From NCBI RefSeq assembly GCF_006345805.1, contig NC_043004.1:97526001-97590000 (forward strand): a stretch of 64,000 nucleotides of DNA, written 5' to 3'. A model generated the notes under the pieces. It saw nothing but the letters and a program-made list of their open reading frames with translations, searched no databases and was not told the origin of the DNA. The translations under genes were made by a program, and so were the position numbers. This DNA is from Octopus sinensis. Taxonomy: Eukaryota. The stretch's first letter is position 1; each line of letters starts with the position of its first letter. Below are positions 11,630-23,567 of the stretch, one piece after another.

Positions 11630-12038
11630 TCTAAGCAATTAAGGGTTTAGCAACGAATTGCCTCACCACACATCTAATTTAGAAATAGCAGTCAAAAAGT
11701 TATAGCTATTCTTTCTACTAAAAGGGGGATCTCAGTAAAAACACAGCACTTGAAATGCAAACACAGACAGGTAAGAGAGAATGAAATGACGGCAATCTAT
11801 CATACAATTTTAAGTCACCTACGGACGTACGTTTCGAAATCAAGTTTTAGGAAAGCATAAGAATTAGATAATTCTACCATACCCAACTTCTTTTCTCATC
11901 AGCGTAGGATACTACAATTATGAATAATTGTATATTAAATTTTGAGATACTAGAAGGCATCATCTCAACTCAGTGTCAGAGCGAGCTAAAGCATTACCAG
12001 TACCACGAAATTCAAAGTGTGAATGAAAGTTTGTGTCA
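11630..12038 (-). mobile_element. Non-coding unit of about 410 bp bounded by (TA)n and carrying a central hammerhead (solo PLE pseudo-LTR or retrozyme-like monomer)
   Basis: TA microsatellites on both sides, no ORF, intact hammerhead at 11818-11908. Class assignment is inference. Confidence 0.5.
11818..11908 (-). ncRNA. Type I hammerhead ribozyme with a canonical core
   Basis: Minus strand: CCUACG-CUGAUGA-GAAAAGAAGUU...AACUUGAUUUC-GAAAC-GUAC-GUC/CGUAGG. 6-bp stem I, G-C-closed stem II, palindromic stem III (ACGUACGU), GUC cleavage triplet. Confidence 0.88.
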
Positions 12039-12052
12039 TTATATATATATAT

Positions 12053-12268
12053 AATTAATCCAAACATGAACAAAGAGAAAACACATGAGGATGTGGAACA
12101 AGTATAGTGTTATTGGACGCTCAGGAAAGGAAAGAAAGAAGGAGGATTTAACATTTCGAGCGGAGCTCTTCATCAGAAACATAGAAAAGGAAAGGTCCAA
12201 GGAAGGAAAGACAAAGAAAGAAAATCGCCAATGATACACACGCGGTCACATATTGAAATGACCAGAAG

Positions 12269-12270
<2 letters not shown>
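12053..12270 (-). mobile_element. PLE-like 3' terminal fragment between (TA)n tracts
   Basis: Contains a minimal hammerhead and the downstream TCCTGAGC motif shared with the copies at 37.7 and 56.5 kb (TCCAGAGC at 35.2 kb). Confidence 0.6.
12146..12180 (-). ncRNA. Minimal type I hammerhead motif
   Basis: Minus strand: GUUU-CUGAUGA-A-GAGC-UCC-GCUC-GAAA-UGUU/AAAU. Core intact; stem I is only 4 bp; stem III is possible only as a dimer. Confidence 0.62.
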
Positions 12271-12310
<40 letters not shown>

Positions 12311-12403
12311 CAGCAAAACAATTTAGATTCAAAAGAATATGGTACTTAACTTAGATGCACCAGAATTTTTTATGATATTAACCATAAAATTATGTGGGGT
12401 GAT

Positions 12404-13019
12404 TATAACCAAGAAAAATGCAACAAGAATGGATCAGTAGTTTAGTACAATTGTTTCATACTATAAACATTTTATTTAAAGCTGAAAATATTACAGCAAA
12501 TATAATGTCAAGTATTCTTCAGCTAAATTTCATATAAGTTTTCCAAAAATCTTAGAGAGTGTAAATATCCTTATGAAGTTATAGGAGTGAGTTCCATGAA
12601 TTTGAAACCTACCCCGCTGTCTTTCATACTACTATAGAATTTTGTCTGCAACAGTTAGATGCGAGCTTAACCGTGGTCTGACCGGCATCTCTCCTCATGT
12701 TTCTTGGAACTTATATCCACATCTTTATGAGTAGATTTATCTTCTCTGGGATGTCAATAATTAATTTAAAAACTTTGTATTGTTGGAAAACATATATAGT
12801 CTGCTTGGAATCTTACTTCAGATTCATGGAACTCACTCCTATAACTTCATAAGGATATTTACACTCTCTAAGATGTTTGGAAAACCTATATGAAATTTAA
12901 CTGAAGAATACTTGACATTATATTTGCTGTAATATTTCCAGCTTTAAATAAAATGTTTATAGTATGAAACAATTGTACTAAACTACTGATGCATTCTTGT
13001 TGTTTTTTTCTTGGTTATA
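12404..13019. mobile_element. Foldback/MITE-like element with inverted arms of about 200 bp
   Basis: About 12404-12605 is the reverse complement of about 12815-13019 (e.g. gtgagttccatgaat / attcatggaactcac); ends tataaccaagaaaaa...tttttcttggttata. Confidence 0.8.
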
Positions 13020-13063
<44 letters not shown>

Positions 13064-13412
13064 CAGGCTTCCACACAGATTCTTTCTGTCAAATTCACTC
13101 ACAAGGCATTGGTCATTCTGGTACTGCAGTCAGAAACATTTACTTACCCAAGTTGCCAGGCAATGGTACAATGGTATTGAACTTGAAACCATATGATGGC
13201 AAAATGAAAAAAAAATATGGTTATATATGAAGTATAATTTATAAAGGAACCTATATCTCTCTTAGTTCATATTGTGTATTAATCTATATTTAGAGTGTAT
13301 TTGTATACATTGCTTTATATATGTGTGTATGTTGTGTGTTTTGTAAAGGCTATCTTCGGTGACCTTGAACATTGCTGCTTAGTTAGGAGTGAGAAGACTT
13401 TGATGGTTCTTT

Positions 13413-13450
<38 letters not shown>

Positions 13451-13844
13451 TGTGTGGCCTGATGTAAATATGTTGGAATCTTTTAAACATTGCTCTAAGT
13501 TGATCTCCTAACTTTGTAATTTTCCCTCATGACCATCACAACAACTTATGTAGCCATCATGACCACCGTTATGTTCATTATCTTTACAAGAACCATCGTT
13601 GTTGTTGTTGCTGTCATCATCATCATCGTTGTCATCATGTATCTATAATGTTATTCAATACAAGTCAGAATATCTAAACTGCAGTGCTGCACCTTGGGAT
13701 TACATCATTGTGTACTGCAGTCTCTGACCATTGGTAAATACAGGTAAAGTTTCATATGTTGTGAGAATTATCAAGAAAAAGCTTATTGGAATGTTTCCAA
13801 CCAGTAAGGAATTAGCATAAGAATCTCTATATATGTGCGGTGTG

Positions 13845-14255
13845 ATGTGTGTGATGTATGTGTGTGTGTAAGTGTGTGTGTGTGTGTGTGTAAGTGTGTG
13901 TGTGTGTGTAAGTGTGTGTGCGTGTGAGTGTGTGTGTGTGTGTAAGTGTGTGTGTGTGTGTAAGTGTGTGTGCGTGTAAGTGTGTGTGTGTGTGTAAGTG
14001 TGTGTGTGTAAGTATGTGTGTGTGTGTATGTGCACCTATATGTGTGTATATACCTCTGTGTGTATGCCTCTGTTAGTGTGTGTGCATGTGTGTGGGCAAG
14101 TATGTTTGCCTACATATGTGCCTCTGTATGTATGTATGTGTCTCTCTTTGTGTGTGTGTGTGTGTGTGTGTGTGCCTGTGTGTGCCTGTGTGTGTGCCTG
14201 TGTATGTATGTGTGTGTGTTTGTGCTTGTGTGTCCCCCTGTGTGTTTGCCTGTGT
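13845..14255. repeat. (GT)n compound microsatellite
   Basis: Direct inspection. Confidence 0.93.
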
Positions 14256-14591
14256 CAGAGTATTGGTTAAAATAAAAGCATTTACATATATTTAGTGTAC
14301 AGTTTGTAGCAGTATGACATATACTAACAGGTGTGTGGGGGGGGGGCTTTTGATTATGAGTTCAAATTCCATTGAGAAAATTTATATTTTTCATCTTTAT
14401 CTATTTAACACATGTACTTTGTACTTGGGTAAATGTAGCAGAATCTACTTTTACAAGCAGTCAGATGAAGCTTCCAATTTAAAAACAGTTTAAGAACCAC
14501 AGACCGCATGGCCCTCTAATGGTTTGGACATTACCCGTTCTCCTCTGACTAATGCATAAAATCGTTTAAAAGAAGTCACATAAAAGAATTG

Positions 14592-14710
14592 ATAGATGGC
14601 TGTGTGGTAAGTAGCTTGCTAACCAACCACATGGTTGCGGGTTCAGTCCCACTGCGTGACATCTTGGGCAAGTATCTTCTACTATAGCACCGGGCCAACC
14701 AATGCCTTGT
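14592..14710 (+). mobile_element. SINE family A, 5' fragment
   Basis: ggctgtgtggtaagtagcttgc head, gggttcagtccc B-box, cttgggcaagt CORE-like motif. Confidence 0.8.
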
Positions 14711-14952
14711 CATCTGGTCCAAAATAGTAAGAGAAAGGAAAAAAAAACAATTTATTCACCTTTTAACACCTGTTCCATTTAATAATCTCTTTAGACAAAA
14801 GACAAGATGCATTTTATATTACCACATCCACTTTTCCATGGCCAGTTGCTTTCCCTGTTGCCAACCCTTATTTGCAATTATCACATGATGTGAAGACAAG
14901 GTGACACAAATGCATGCACACATATAAACATATATGCATTAATAAAACACAT

Positions 14953-15355
14953 AGGAGTGGCTGTGTGGTAAGTAGCTTGCTTACCAACCACATTGTTCCG
15001 GGTTCAGTCCCACTGCGTGGCACCTTGGGCAAGTGTCTTCTACTATAGCCTCAGGCCGACCAAAGCCTTGTGAGTGGATTTGGTTGACGGAAACTGAAAG
15101 AACACCATCGTATATATGTATTTATATATATGTATGTGTGCGTGTATGTTTGTGTGTCTGTGTTTGTCCCCCTAGCATTGCTTGACAACCGATGCTGGTG
15201 TGTTTATGTCACCCGTCACTTAGCGGTTCGGCAAAAGAGACCAATAGAATAAGTACTAAGCTTACAAAGAATAAGTCCTGGGATCGATTTGCTCGACTAA
15301 AGGCGGTGCTCCAGCATGGCTGCAGTCAAATGACTGAAACAAGTAAAAGAGTAAA
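14953..15355 (+). mobile_element. SINE family A (tRNA head, CORE-like domain, internal TA/TG microsatellite, gtaaaaga tail)
   Basis: aggagtggctgtgtggtaag...caccttgggcaagtgtcttc...(TA/TG)n...gactgaaacaagtaaaagag. Confidence 0.9.
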
Positions 15356-15989
15356 CAGTAATACACACACACACACACACACACATAAAGGTTAAGCTCT
15401 GTCAGTTTCCATCAACCAATTTCACTCACAAGGCCTCGGTTGACCCAGAGCTATAGAAGTCACTTGCTGAAGGTGCTCCTCTCTGTTATTGAACACGAAA
15501 CTGTGTGGTTGGGAGCAAACTTCTCAGCTCCCACCGCCTCCACACCGATGCCTGCAGTAATCACTCGTTTAACACATTTAAATTAAAACATTCTACGAAA
15601 CTTTTATGTTAAGAACAACTTTGTGTTGTATTTCAAACATCAATTTAATAATCAGCAAATTAGTTATCTTATTAAATTCATCCAAATTCTAGATTACATT
15701 CAAAATCAATTTAAACACCTATGCAGAGTATCTAAATTGGTCAAAAATAGTTAATGATTTGTGGGAACAATGAAGAAATCAAATTCCTACTTAAACTACA
15801 AGCTACATCCAGAAACAGCAAATTGATATATGATCTAGTTTAACCTGTCACTCAGTAATGACATTGAAAATAGAATTACATGGAACATTTTAGCTCTCCT
15901 TAAACAATTCTCTCTGTTGGACTATAAATGCAATAATCTATTTTATAGAGATACTATGATGAACAATTTTGGTTGTATTCTGAATGAGG

Positions 15990-16282
15990 AAAGTATAAGG
16001 AAGAAAAATCATAACTGTACAATGTCCAAGGAATTAAACACTCGCTGAGATTTCAAATGTATCTGCATGTGTTGAATAACTACTTAATGACAAGGAAGGT
16101 TTAAAAAGGAGTATTGTTGTTGTAGCTGATTAGCCCTAATTAAATCTTGATTAAGCGACTGCTAGTAATCATGGTAGTCCTGTTGATGGTAATGAGGATA
16201 GTAATGAGAATGGGGAAATAGGGGAGAGAGGGAATAAAGAGGGTATAATATTAAGATAGAGAGAGACAAGACATACACACAC
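15990..16282 (+). repeat. 293-bp segment duplicated at 10735-11027
   Basis: One mismatch seen by eye (gaggatagtaatg vs gaggatggtaatg). Confidence 0.92.
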
Positions 16283-16782
16283 ATACATACACATACATAC
16301 ATACACACATATATATATATATGAACAGAGAGAGAGAGAGAGCAGGAGGAGAGAGAGATGAGAGGGTAGGAGGAGAAAGAGACAGAAAGAAGATAAATTA
16401 CAGAGACAAAGGAGATGGTGTTTATTGTTTGTTTAGTGTAACTACGAATAACAATATATTATATAGAGAGAGTAAACTCCCACCTATCTGGCACTGCTGG
16501 GACTGAAAGGTTACTGGATAACTAAATTTTCTGGATAAAGCTTATTAAAACTATCTATATGATCGTTAATATCCTCAATATAATAGAAATGAGAGAAATA
16601 GGAAGAAATGAACATATAGTTTAAGTAAATAACCATTAACTCAGTAACAGGAGTTGCAGGGGATGCAAGCACACCTCCTACAAACTTTTAGGCCACAATG
16701 AAAATGCATAGAACACCCTCTTGTAAAACTTCATCTGCATCTCCTAAGCAGATTTCCTTCCCACACTTATGTAAAGAACTCT

Positions 16783-17189
16783 CTCTTTACTCTTTTACTT
16801 GTTTCAGTCATTTGACTGCAGCCATGCTGGAGCACCGCCTTTAATCAAGCAACTCGACCCCGGGACTTATTCTTTTGTAAGCCCAGTACTTATTCTATCG
16901 GTCTCTTTTGCCGAACCACTAAGTAACGGGGACATAAACACACCAGCATCGGTTGTCAAGCAATGCTAGGGGAACAAACACAGACACACAAACACACATA
17001 TACATATATATATATATACATATATACGACGGGCTTCTTTCAGTTTCCATCTACCAAATCCACTCACAAGGCTTTGGTCGGCCCGAGGCTATAGTAGAAG
17101 ACACTTGCCCAAGGTGCCACGCAGTGGGACTGAACCCGGAACCATGTGGTTGGTAAACAAGCTACTTACCACACAGCCACTCCTGCGCC
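16783..17189 (-). mobile_element. SINE family A
   Basis: Reverse complement of the 14953-15355 element; ends cacacagccactcctgcgc. Confidence 0.9.
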
Positions 17190-17952
17190 TAGTTTTGTTA
17201 ATTTAATAAAATGCAGATATTGTGAAAGTAGTAAAATATAATACTGAAATGTACCTTGAGAAGCAACTCCCCATTTTATAGACAGTAGGAACTTACTTTT
17301 TTTTAATGGTAATTAATTAACACAAATCAGCACAAATTACCTCAACTTATATTTTCCTTCTTTTTTTCTTTTTATCTAGATGCCGGTTGCTTGAGAGTTT
17401 CAGTTATTTGTGTTCCAGATAAAGAGGAGTTTATTGTATGTTTTGCTATTCATAACAATGCTTCATTTCTCCCCAATGACTTAAATTTTGCTGTTAAAAA
17501 ACATACTCTTTGCTTAGCTGAGAAACATCATATATTGAAACAAAATTATAAACAATAATTTTTATAAAAAAGTATCAACTTCTTTATACAATTACAGAAA
17601 AAAATGTGTTAGAAATTTAAATGAGTTAGCACCTGTCTGAATATTTCCAACAGATCCAATTATGATAGCTGCTGTTTAGCCCCAGGTTCGTCCAGGTGAA
17701 ACACAAATATAATGAAAGGCATTTCAGGTGTGAGCATTTTTTATCTTTTTGAGGCATAGTGTCGGCATAAGATGAGTTCACATGTTTGCTGTGGAGGTGC
17801 TGTAGTCAACTGAATTGCCTTCTACCACATGTCTGGCTTATTAATGTCGATCATATAGAGATTCGAATTCAGATTAGTTAGATAGGAAAAGATAGCAGTT
17901 TAAGATTTTTAACCTGAAGATCTATATTTTGGAAGAAACAGGGTAACATGGT

Positions 17953-18352
17953 TGCAGGAGTGGCTGTGTGGTAAGTAGCTTGCTTACCAACCACATGGTT
18001 GCGGGTTCAGTCCCACTGCGTGGCATCTTGGGCAAGTGTCTTCTGCTATAGCCCCGGGCCGACCAATACCTTGTGAGTGGATTTGGTAGACGGAAACTGA
18101 AAGAAGCCTGTCATATATAAGTATATATATATATGTATGTGTGTGTATAGGTTTGTGTGTCTGTGCTTGTCCCCCTAGCATTGCTTGACAACCGATGCTG
18201 GTGTGTTTATGACCCCGTTACTTAGCGGTTTGGCAAAAAAGACCAATAGAATAAGTACTGGGCTTACAAAGAATAAGTCCCGGGGTCGATCTGTTCGACT
18301 AAAGGCGGTGCTCCAGCATGGCCGCAGTCAAATGACTGAAACAAGTAAAAGA
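17953..18352 (+). mobile_element. SINE family A
   Basis: Same head, CORE-like domain, microsatellite and tail. Confidence 0.9.
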
Positions 18353-18534
18353 GAGAGAAAGAGAGATGGTTAAGAGATTTTGTTCATGGCTTTATGATTT
18401 TGGCTTTGATCTCTGTCTGTGTGACACATTGGGCAATCATCGTCCCTCACAGCAGAGTTAAACTAACCAATAATATGGAAACAAAATTATGCAGATGGAA
18501 ACTGAGATAGTCTATAGTGTGTGTATATATGTGA

Positions 18535-18790
18535 GTGGGTTGTTCCTTCTCGGGCCATGCCAGGCTCATAAGGGCCGGTTTTCCAGTTTCAGTGGCATAG
18601 AAATTCCCCACCTGGACAGGACGCCAGTCCGTTGCACAATTACTCATTTTTGCCTGCTGAGTGGACTGGAGCAATGTGAAAATGAAGTGTTTTGCTCAAG
18701 AACACAATGCATCACCTGGGCCAGGAATCGAAACCACAACCTTATGATTATGAATTCAACACCCTAACCACTAAGCCACATGCCTCCACA
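18535..18790 (-). mobile_element. tRNA-derived SINE family C (V-domain-like)
   Basis: Minus-strand head ggaggcatgtggcttagtggttaggg and ggactggcgtcctgtccaggtgggg motif; homologous to the 50.3-51.0 kb trimer. Confidence 0.75.
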
Positions 18791-19266
18791 TATGTGAGTG
18801 GGTCTCACTGTATGTATGCATGAATGTATGTATGTGTATGTATGTATGTATGTATGTAATAGTACACCAGTTAAAATGATAGTCAGTACCAAATTGTAAA
18901 TGACTTAGCATGAAACATATGGTACCAGAGTATTTAGGTATGTTTAAATGTTATTTATATTGAGAACACATTCCTCTAATTCATTATTAATATTCGTGCA
19001 TGTGCGCGCGTGCACATGTGTGTGTGTAAATCTCTATTGATTCACCAGAAGCAATACATTGCAGGACTCAATACAAATGTTGAGTATTGTTTAATACATT
19101 ATAACTGAAAGGGTCTGATTTCCAGAACTCAGAGTTGCTCATTTTCAATCATCAGCTGGTGAACTGACCCTCATTTTCTTTGGATAACCACTGTCTGAAT
19201 ATTTTTTTAATGAATGTATGTATGTATTTATGCATACATACATACATACATACATATATATGTATA

Positions 19267-19297
<31 letters not shown>

Positions 19298-19554
19298 ATA
19301 TATATACATGTGTGTATATATATGAGTGTGTGTGTATATATATATATATATATACATATATATACATGTATACATATATATTATATATATATAAATACAA
19401 ATGTTATGTAAAATTAAGAATAAGAAGCGACATAGAAACAGAAAACAATGCAATGAATAATATTTAATGCTTCCAAGAAAAGATAACAGAATGTTTTGAT
19501 ATTTCAGATGTTCATCCTTCTTCAAACAACAAAAGGAAACATGCAGTAAGAGAA

Positions 19555-19607
19555 ATAGATAGATAGACAGACAGACAGACATACAGACAGACAGACACAC
19601 ACACACA

Positions 19608-19640
<33 letters not shown>

Positions 19641-19661
19641 TATATATATAGACAGATAGAC

Positions 19662-19720
<59 letters not shown>
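19555..19720. repeat. (GACA)/(CA)/(GATA)n compound microsatellite
   Basis: Direct inspection. Confidence 0.93.
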
Positions 19721-19721
<1 letters not shown>

Positions 19722-20692
19722 TGAGAAAAGAGACTTTGGGCAGAGGACGGAGGTGCTGGAAATATAAGTGGATGCAAAAGAAACAGAGAAATATAGTGAG
19801 CCTATAAGCCATGGCAGGGAATACCATCCTATGGGGTGACATCAGAGGGGAAATGGAGGGCAAGTGTTTTTGGTACTTCTGTGAGTGCGTGCATGTATGT
19901 GTGTGTGTGTGTATGTATGTGTGTGTGTGCGTGTGTGTCCTAAGTGTTGTTGCATGGTTTTGGTTATGTATGGATGTGTTCACATGAGCAAATTGTGATA
20001 TCTTTGTATATGTGTTTCTGTGGTTTGTTATGAATGCATGTATATGTGTCTGTGTGTGTGAGTGAGATTAAATGTATTTGGAGAAGTGGAATGAGAAGGT
20101 GTGATAAGGCTGAATGCAAGAGGAATACAAATAACAATTCTTGCACATGTGTGTGTATTTGTGTAATTCAAATACATGTTTTGGCCAAAGAATAACACAC
20201 ATGATTGTGTGTCTACTTGAAGTATATGCAAATTTGAGTTGAGTTTTTTCAGTGTGTTTAAATTAAAATATCACTGACATAAACAGCATTTTCTTGTGTA
20301 TGTACGTGCATATTTCAAATGTGGATAGGGAAGAATAGTTAAATTTGAGAGTGTGAAGTCCAAAAACATGATATCCGAACACATCTGTAAGTTCGAACAT
20401 GTGCGGACTTACGGTGTTAAAAATAGATGGCGAAAGTGAGAACTAAGCTAAAGTGTTTTTTTATTCAGCTATTTTTTTTCTTTAAGTGAAGAAGTCAAAT
20501 CAAAGGGATAAAAGTGAGGTGTGTATGTATATTTGTGTGTCTGTGATTTAAAAAGAAGTTTGTGTGCATGGTTATTAGTTCGTTGGCAGGGGGAAAATTG
20601 TGAAGGAACTGTATACATTTGTTTTTGAGAAAATTGAGGGTAAGATACCAGGAAAAAATATGTATATACACATAACAGCATAAAGGGTAAAA

Positions 20693-20990
20693 GTAGAGAC
20701 CCCCTTCAGTCATGAATGATCATGGGATTGCACCTACAAAGTTACCTTCTGAAGCACAAGTCTGGTCAAGGTTGTTTGTGGAAGACCAGTAGTCGTCCAT
20801 GCATACCAGCTTCCTCTCTCCATGTCATGGATGTTGTCCAAGAGAAAGACAAAGGCCGATACAGCTTGGTACCAGTGATTCCACAACTCATTTATACAGC
20901 TGATTGAACTGGATTAATGTGAAATAAAGTGCCTTGTTCGAGAACACAACACATAGCCTGGTCTGGGATTCGAACTCACAACCTCATAGT
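20693..20990 (-). mobile_element. tRNA-derived SINE family D
   Basis: Minus-strand B-box gagttcgaatcccagacc; body gaccccttcagtcatg...catgggattgcaccta shared with 53520-53842. Confidence 0.7.
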
Positions 20991-21121
20991 AGCATACATA
21001 TATAGATACACAGTTTATATATATCCTAACACACTATCTTTTGTGTTACCTCTGTTGAGTCACAACTCCTCTTCCCTTTACCTCATCCTTACTTCTCTAG
21101 AACCCTCTTTAGCAGTTTCTA

Positions 21122-21350
21122 ATTTCTTTATTGCCCACAAGGGGCTAAACATCGAGGGGACAAACAAGGACATACAAAGGGATTAAGTCAATTACATTGA
21201 CCCCAGTGCATAACTGGTACTTAATTTATTGACCCCGAAAGGATGAATGGCAAAGTCGACCTCGACAGAATTTGAACTCAGAATGTAACTGCAGACGAAA
21301 TACCACTAAGCATTTTACCTGGTGTGCTAACGATTCTGCCAGCTCACCGC
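21122..21350 (-). mobile_element. SINE family B
   Basis: Reverse complement of the family B consensus; ends gattctgccagctcaccgcc. Confidence 0.85.
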
Positions 21351-21944
21351 CTTTGTTTCCACACAGTTTCTGCCAAGTCCTCTCTCTTCACATCCTCTCC
21401 ACTCAATCCCAACCCAGAGTACTATTGTCACAATCACACTTGCTCTTCCTTTCTCTCTTAACTGTATGGCTTCCTCCGGAGTTTTTTTTCTTTGCCTCTT
21501 ACCCTCTTCCTCCTTGTCTCTCACTGCATTCTCTCCCACAGCTTCTCTACCTTCTCAGCATCCCTTCACATCTCTCCCCCACTGACATATCCTCAATCCC
21601 TTATATCTCTCCTTCCCTCAAAAGCTACCTCAAGATTCTTCTTGTACATTTTCCCTCATACCTATTATTTACATTTGTCCCTTATAATGTTAGATAGCGC
21701 AAGATCCTCCATATAAAACCTTCTGTACCACCTTTCAACTCAAGCCTTCACTCTTACTCAACCTGTCGCTAATCCCTTCCAACATTCCTGGTCTCTGCTA
21801 TACTCTGCGATCTTCTTGTTTACCAACCTATATTCCTCTGCTTAGACTCATCACCTACTCTTCTATTTTCCTTCAGTTATAGGACACATTTTGCCTTGCA
21901 AGTTAAGACTCAATCAAAACTAATACTGTGGCCACACAAGAAGA

Positions 21945-22130
21945 GCCTAGTTCACTCTGCATAGTGGCTGGTGTTAGAAAGTGGCTGCACAGTGGCTGGC
22001 ATCAAGCCATCGAAACCATGCCAAAGTAGTCATTGGTGCATGATGCAGGCCTCCAACTAATCAGATTCTCTCAAACCGTCCAACCCAGTCCAATCCAGTA
22101 TGGAAGCTGGATATTAAATAGCGATAATGA
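21945..22130 (+). mobile_element. Diverged RTE-type 3' tail module
   Basis: gtggctggtgttagaaag...aaccgtccaaccc...ggatattaaat. Confidence 0.55.
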
Positions 22131-22232
22131 AGTGGAGGAAGCTGGTAGGGGCTGTGGTGGTGCTGGTAATATTTATGTGGGTATGTGTATTTCGTTTACA
22201 AATATGTATGAGTAAATGATATTGGTTTCAAA

Positions 22233-23050
22233 AAAGGCGGTGAGCTGGCAGAAACGTTAGCACATCGGCCGCAATGCTTAGCGGTATTTCGTCTGCTGTT
22301 ACGTTGTGAGTTCAAATTCTGCCGAGGTCGACTTTGCCTTTCATCCTTTCGGGGTCCATAAATTAAGTACCAGTTATGCACTGAGGTCGATGTAATTGAC
22401 TTGATCCATTTGTCTGTCTTTGTTTGTCTCCTCTGTGTTTAGCCCCTTGTGGGTAGTAAAGAAATAGGTATTGGTTTCAAATTTTGACACAAGGCCAGCA
22501 ATTTTGGGGGAGGAGTTAAGTGAATTACATTAACTCCAGTAGTCAACTGTTACTTCTGATAGGATAAAAGATAAAGTTGACCTTGGTGGAATTCGAACAT
22601 AGAAAGTAAAGATGGATGACATGCCACTAAGCATTTTACCCAGAGTGCTAATGATTCTGCCAGCTTGCCACCTTAGATAATATATATATAGATTTCAAAT
22701 TTAGGCACAAAGCCAGCAATTTCGGAGAGTGGTTAAGTTGATTACATCGACCCCAATGCTCAATTGGTACTTATTTTATTGACCCTGAAAGAATAAAAGT
22801 TAATGATGACCATGGCAGAATTTGAACTCAGAACATACAGACGAGTAAAATGTCACTAAGCATTTTACCAGACATGCTAACAATTCTGCCAGCTTGCTAC
22901 TTTAAATATTTTAAATAATCTTTTCTACACTAAGTACAAGGCCTGAAATTTTGGGGGTGGTGCCAGTTGATTAGATCGATTTGAGTATGCAGCTGGTACT
23001 TGATTTATCATCCCTGAAAGGATGAAAGGTAAAGTTGACCTTGGTGGAAT
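22233..23050. mobile_element. Cluster of family B-related SINEs (one + copy at 22233-22470, three degraded - copies)
   Basis: ggcggtgagctggcagaaacgttagc head; repeated gattctgccagct and gaaaggtaaagttgacc motifs on the opposite strand. Confidence 0.75.
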
Positions 23051-23351
23051 TAAATAATTTCAATATTGACAAGGAAACTAGGAAACCAGTGCTTTACAGT
23101 GGAAGTCCCTCGAGGATTATTGGTCCTGCACTGAGTTACAGGTATTCGTTTGCCATTTTCACTTCTTGAAAATGAAGTGACTCAGGAAGAACAAGTTGAC
23201 AATGGAAGTTGCAATGTAACATGAATAAAGATACAAGTCTTGCTTCAACAAAATAATCCATAATCTTCAAGAACCAAATAGGGAACCACATAAACACCAA
23301 ACACCATATGATAAAAATGACTAAGAAAATGTTCCTGTTAAAATCTTCAAT

Positions 23352-23567
23352 GAGTGGCTGTGTGGTAAGTAGCTTGCTTACCAACCACATGGTTCTGGGT
23401 TCAATCCCACTAAATGGCACCTTGGGCAAGTGTCTTCTACTATAGCCTCAGGCCGACCAAAGCCTTGTGAGTGGATTTGGTAGACGGAAACTGGAAAGAA
23501 GCCCATCATATATATATGTATATGTATGTGTATGTGGATTTACATCCCCGTAACTTAGCGGTTCGGC
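23352..23567 (+). mobile_element. SINE family A, 5' half
   Basis: Head, CORE-like domain and internal microsatellite; truncated after ttagcggttcggca. Confidence 0.85.

Noticed and set aside
16953-17156. Recurrent ORFs such as MSSNARGTNTDTQ..., MLVCLRPRHLAVRQK... and MPKVP.SG.EP.TMWLVSKLL... appearing many times
   Set aside because: They recur because they are frames of SINE family A copies; indels and the internal microsatellite shift them freely, so they are not a gene family.
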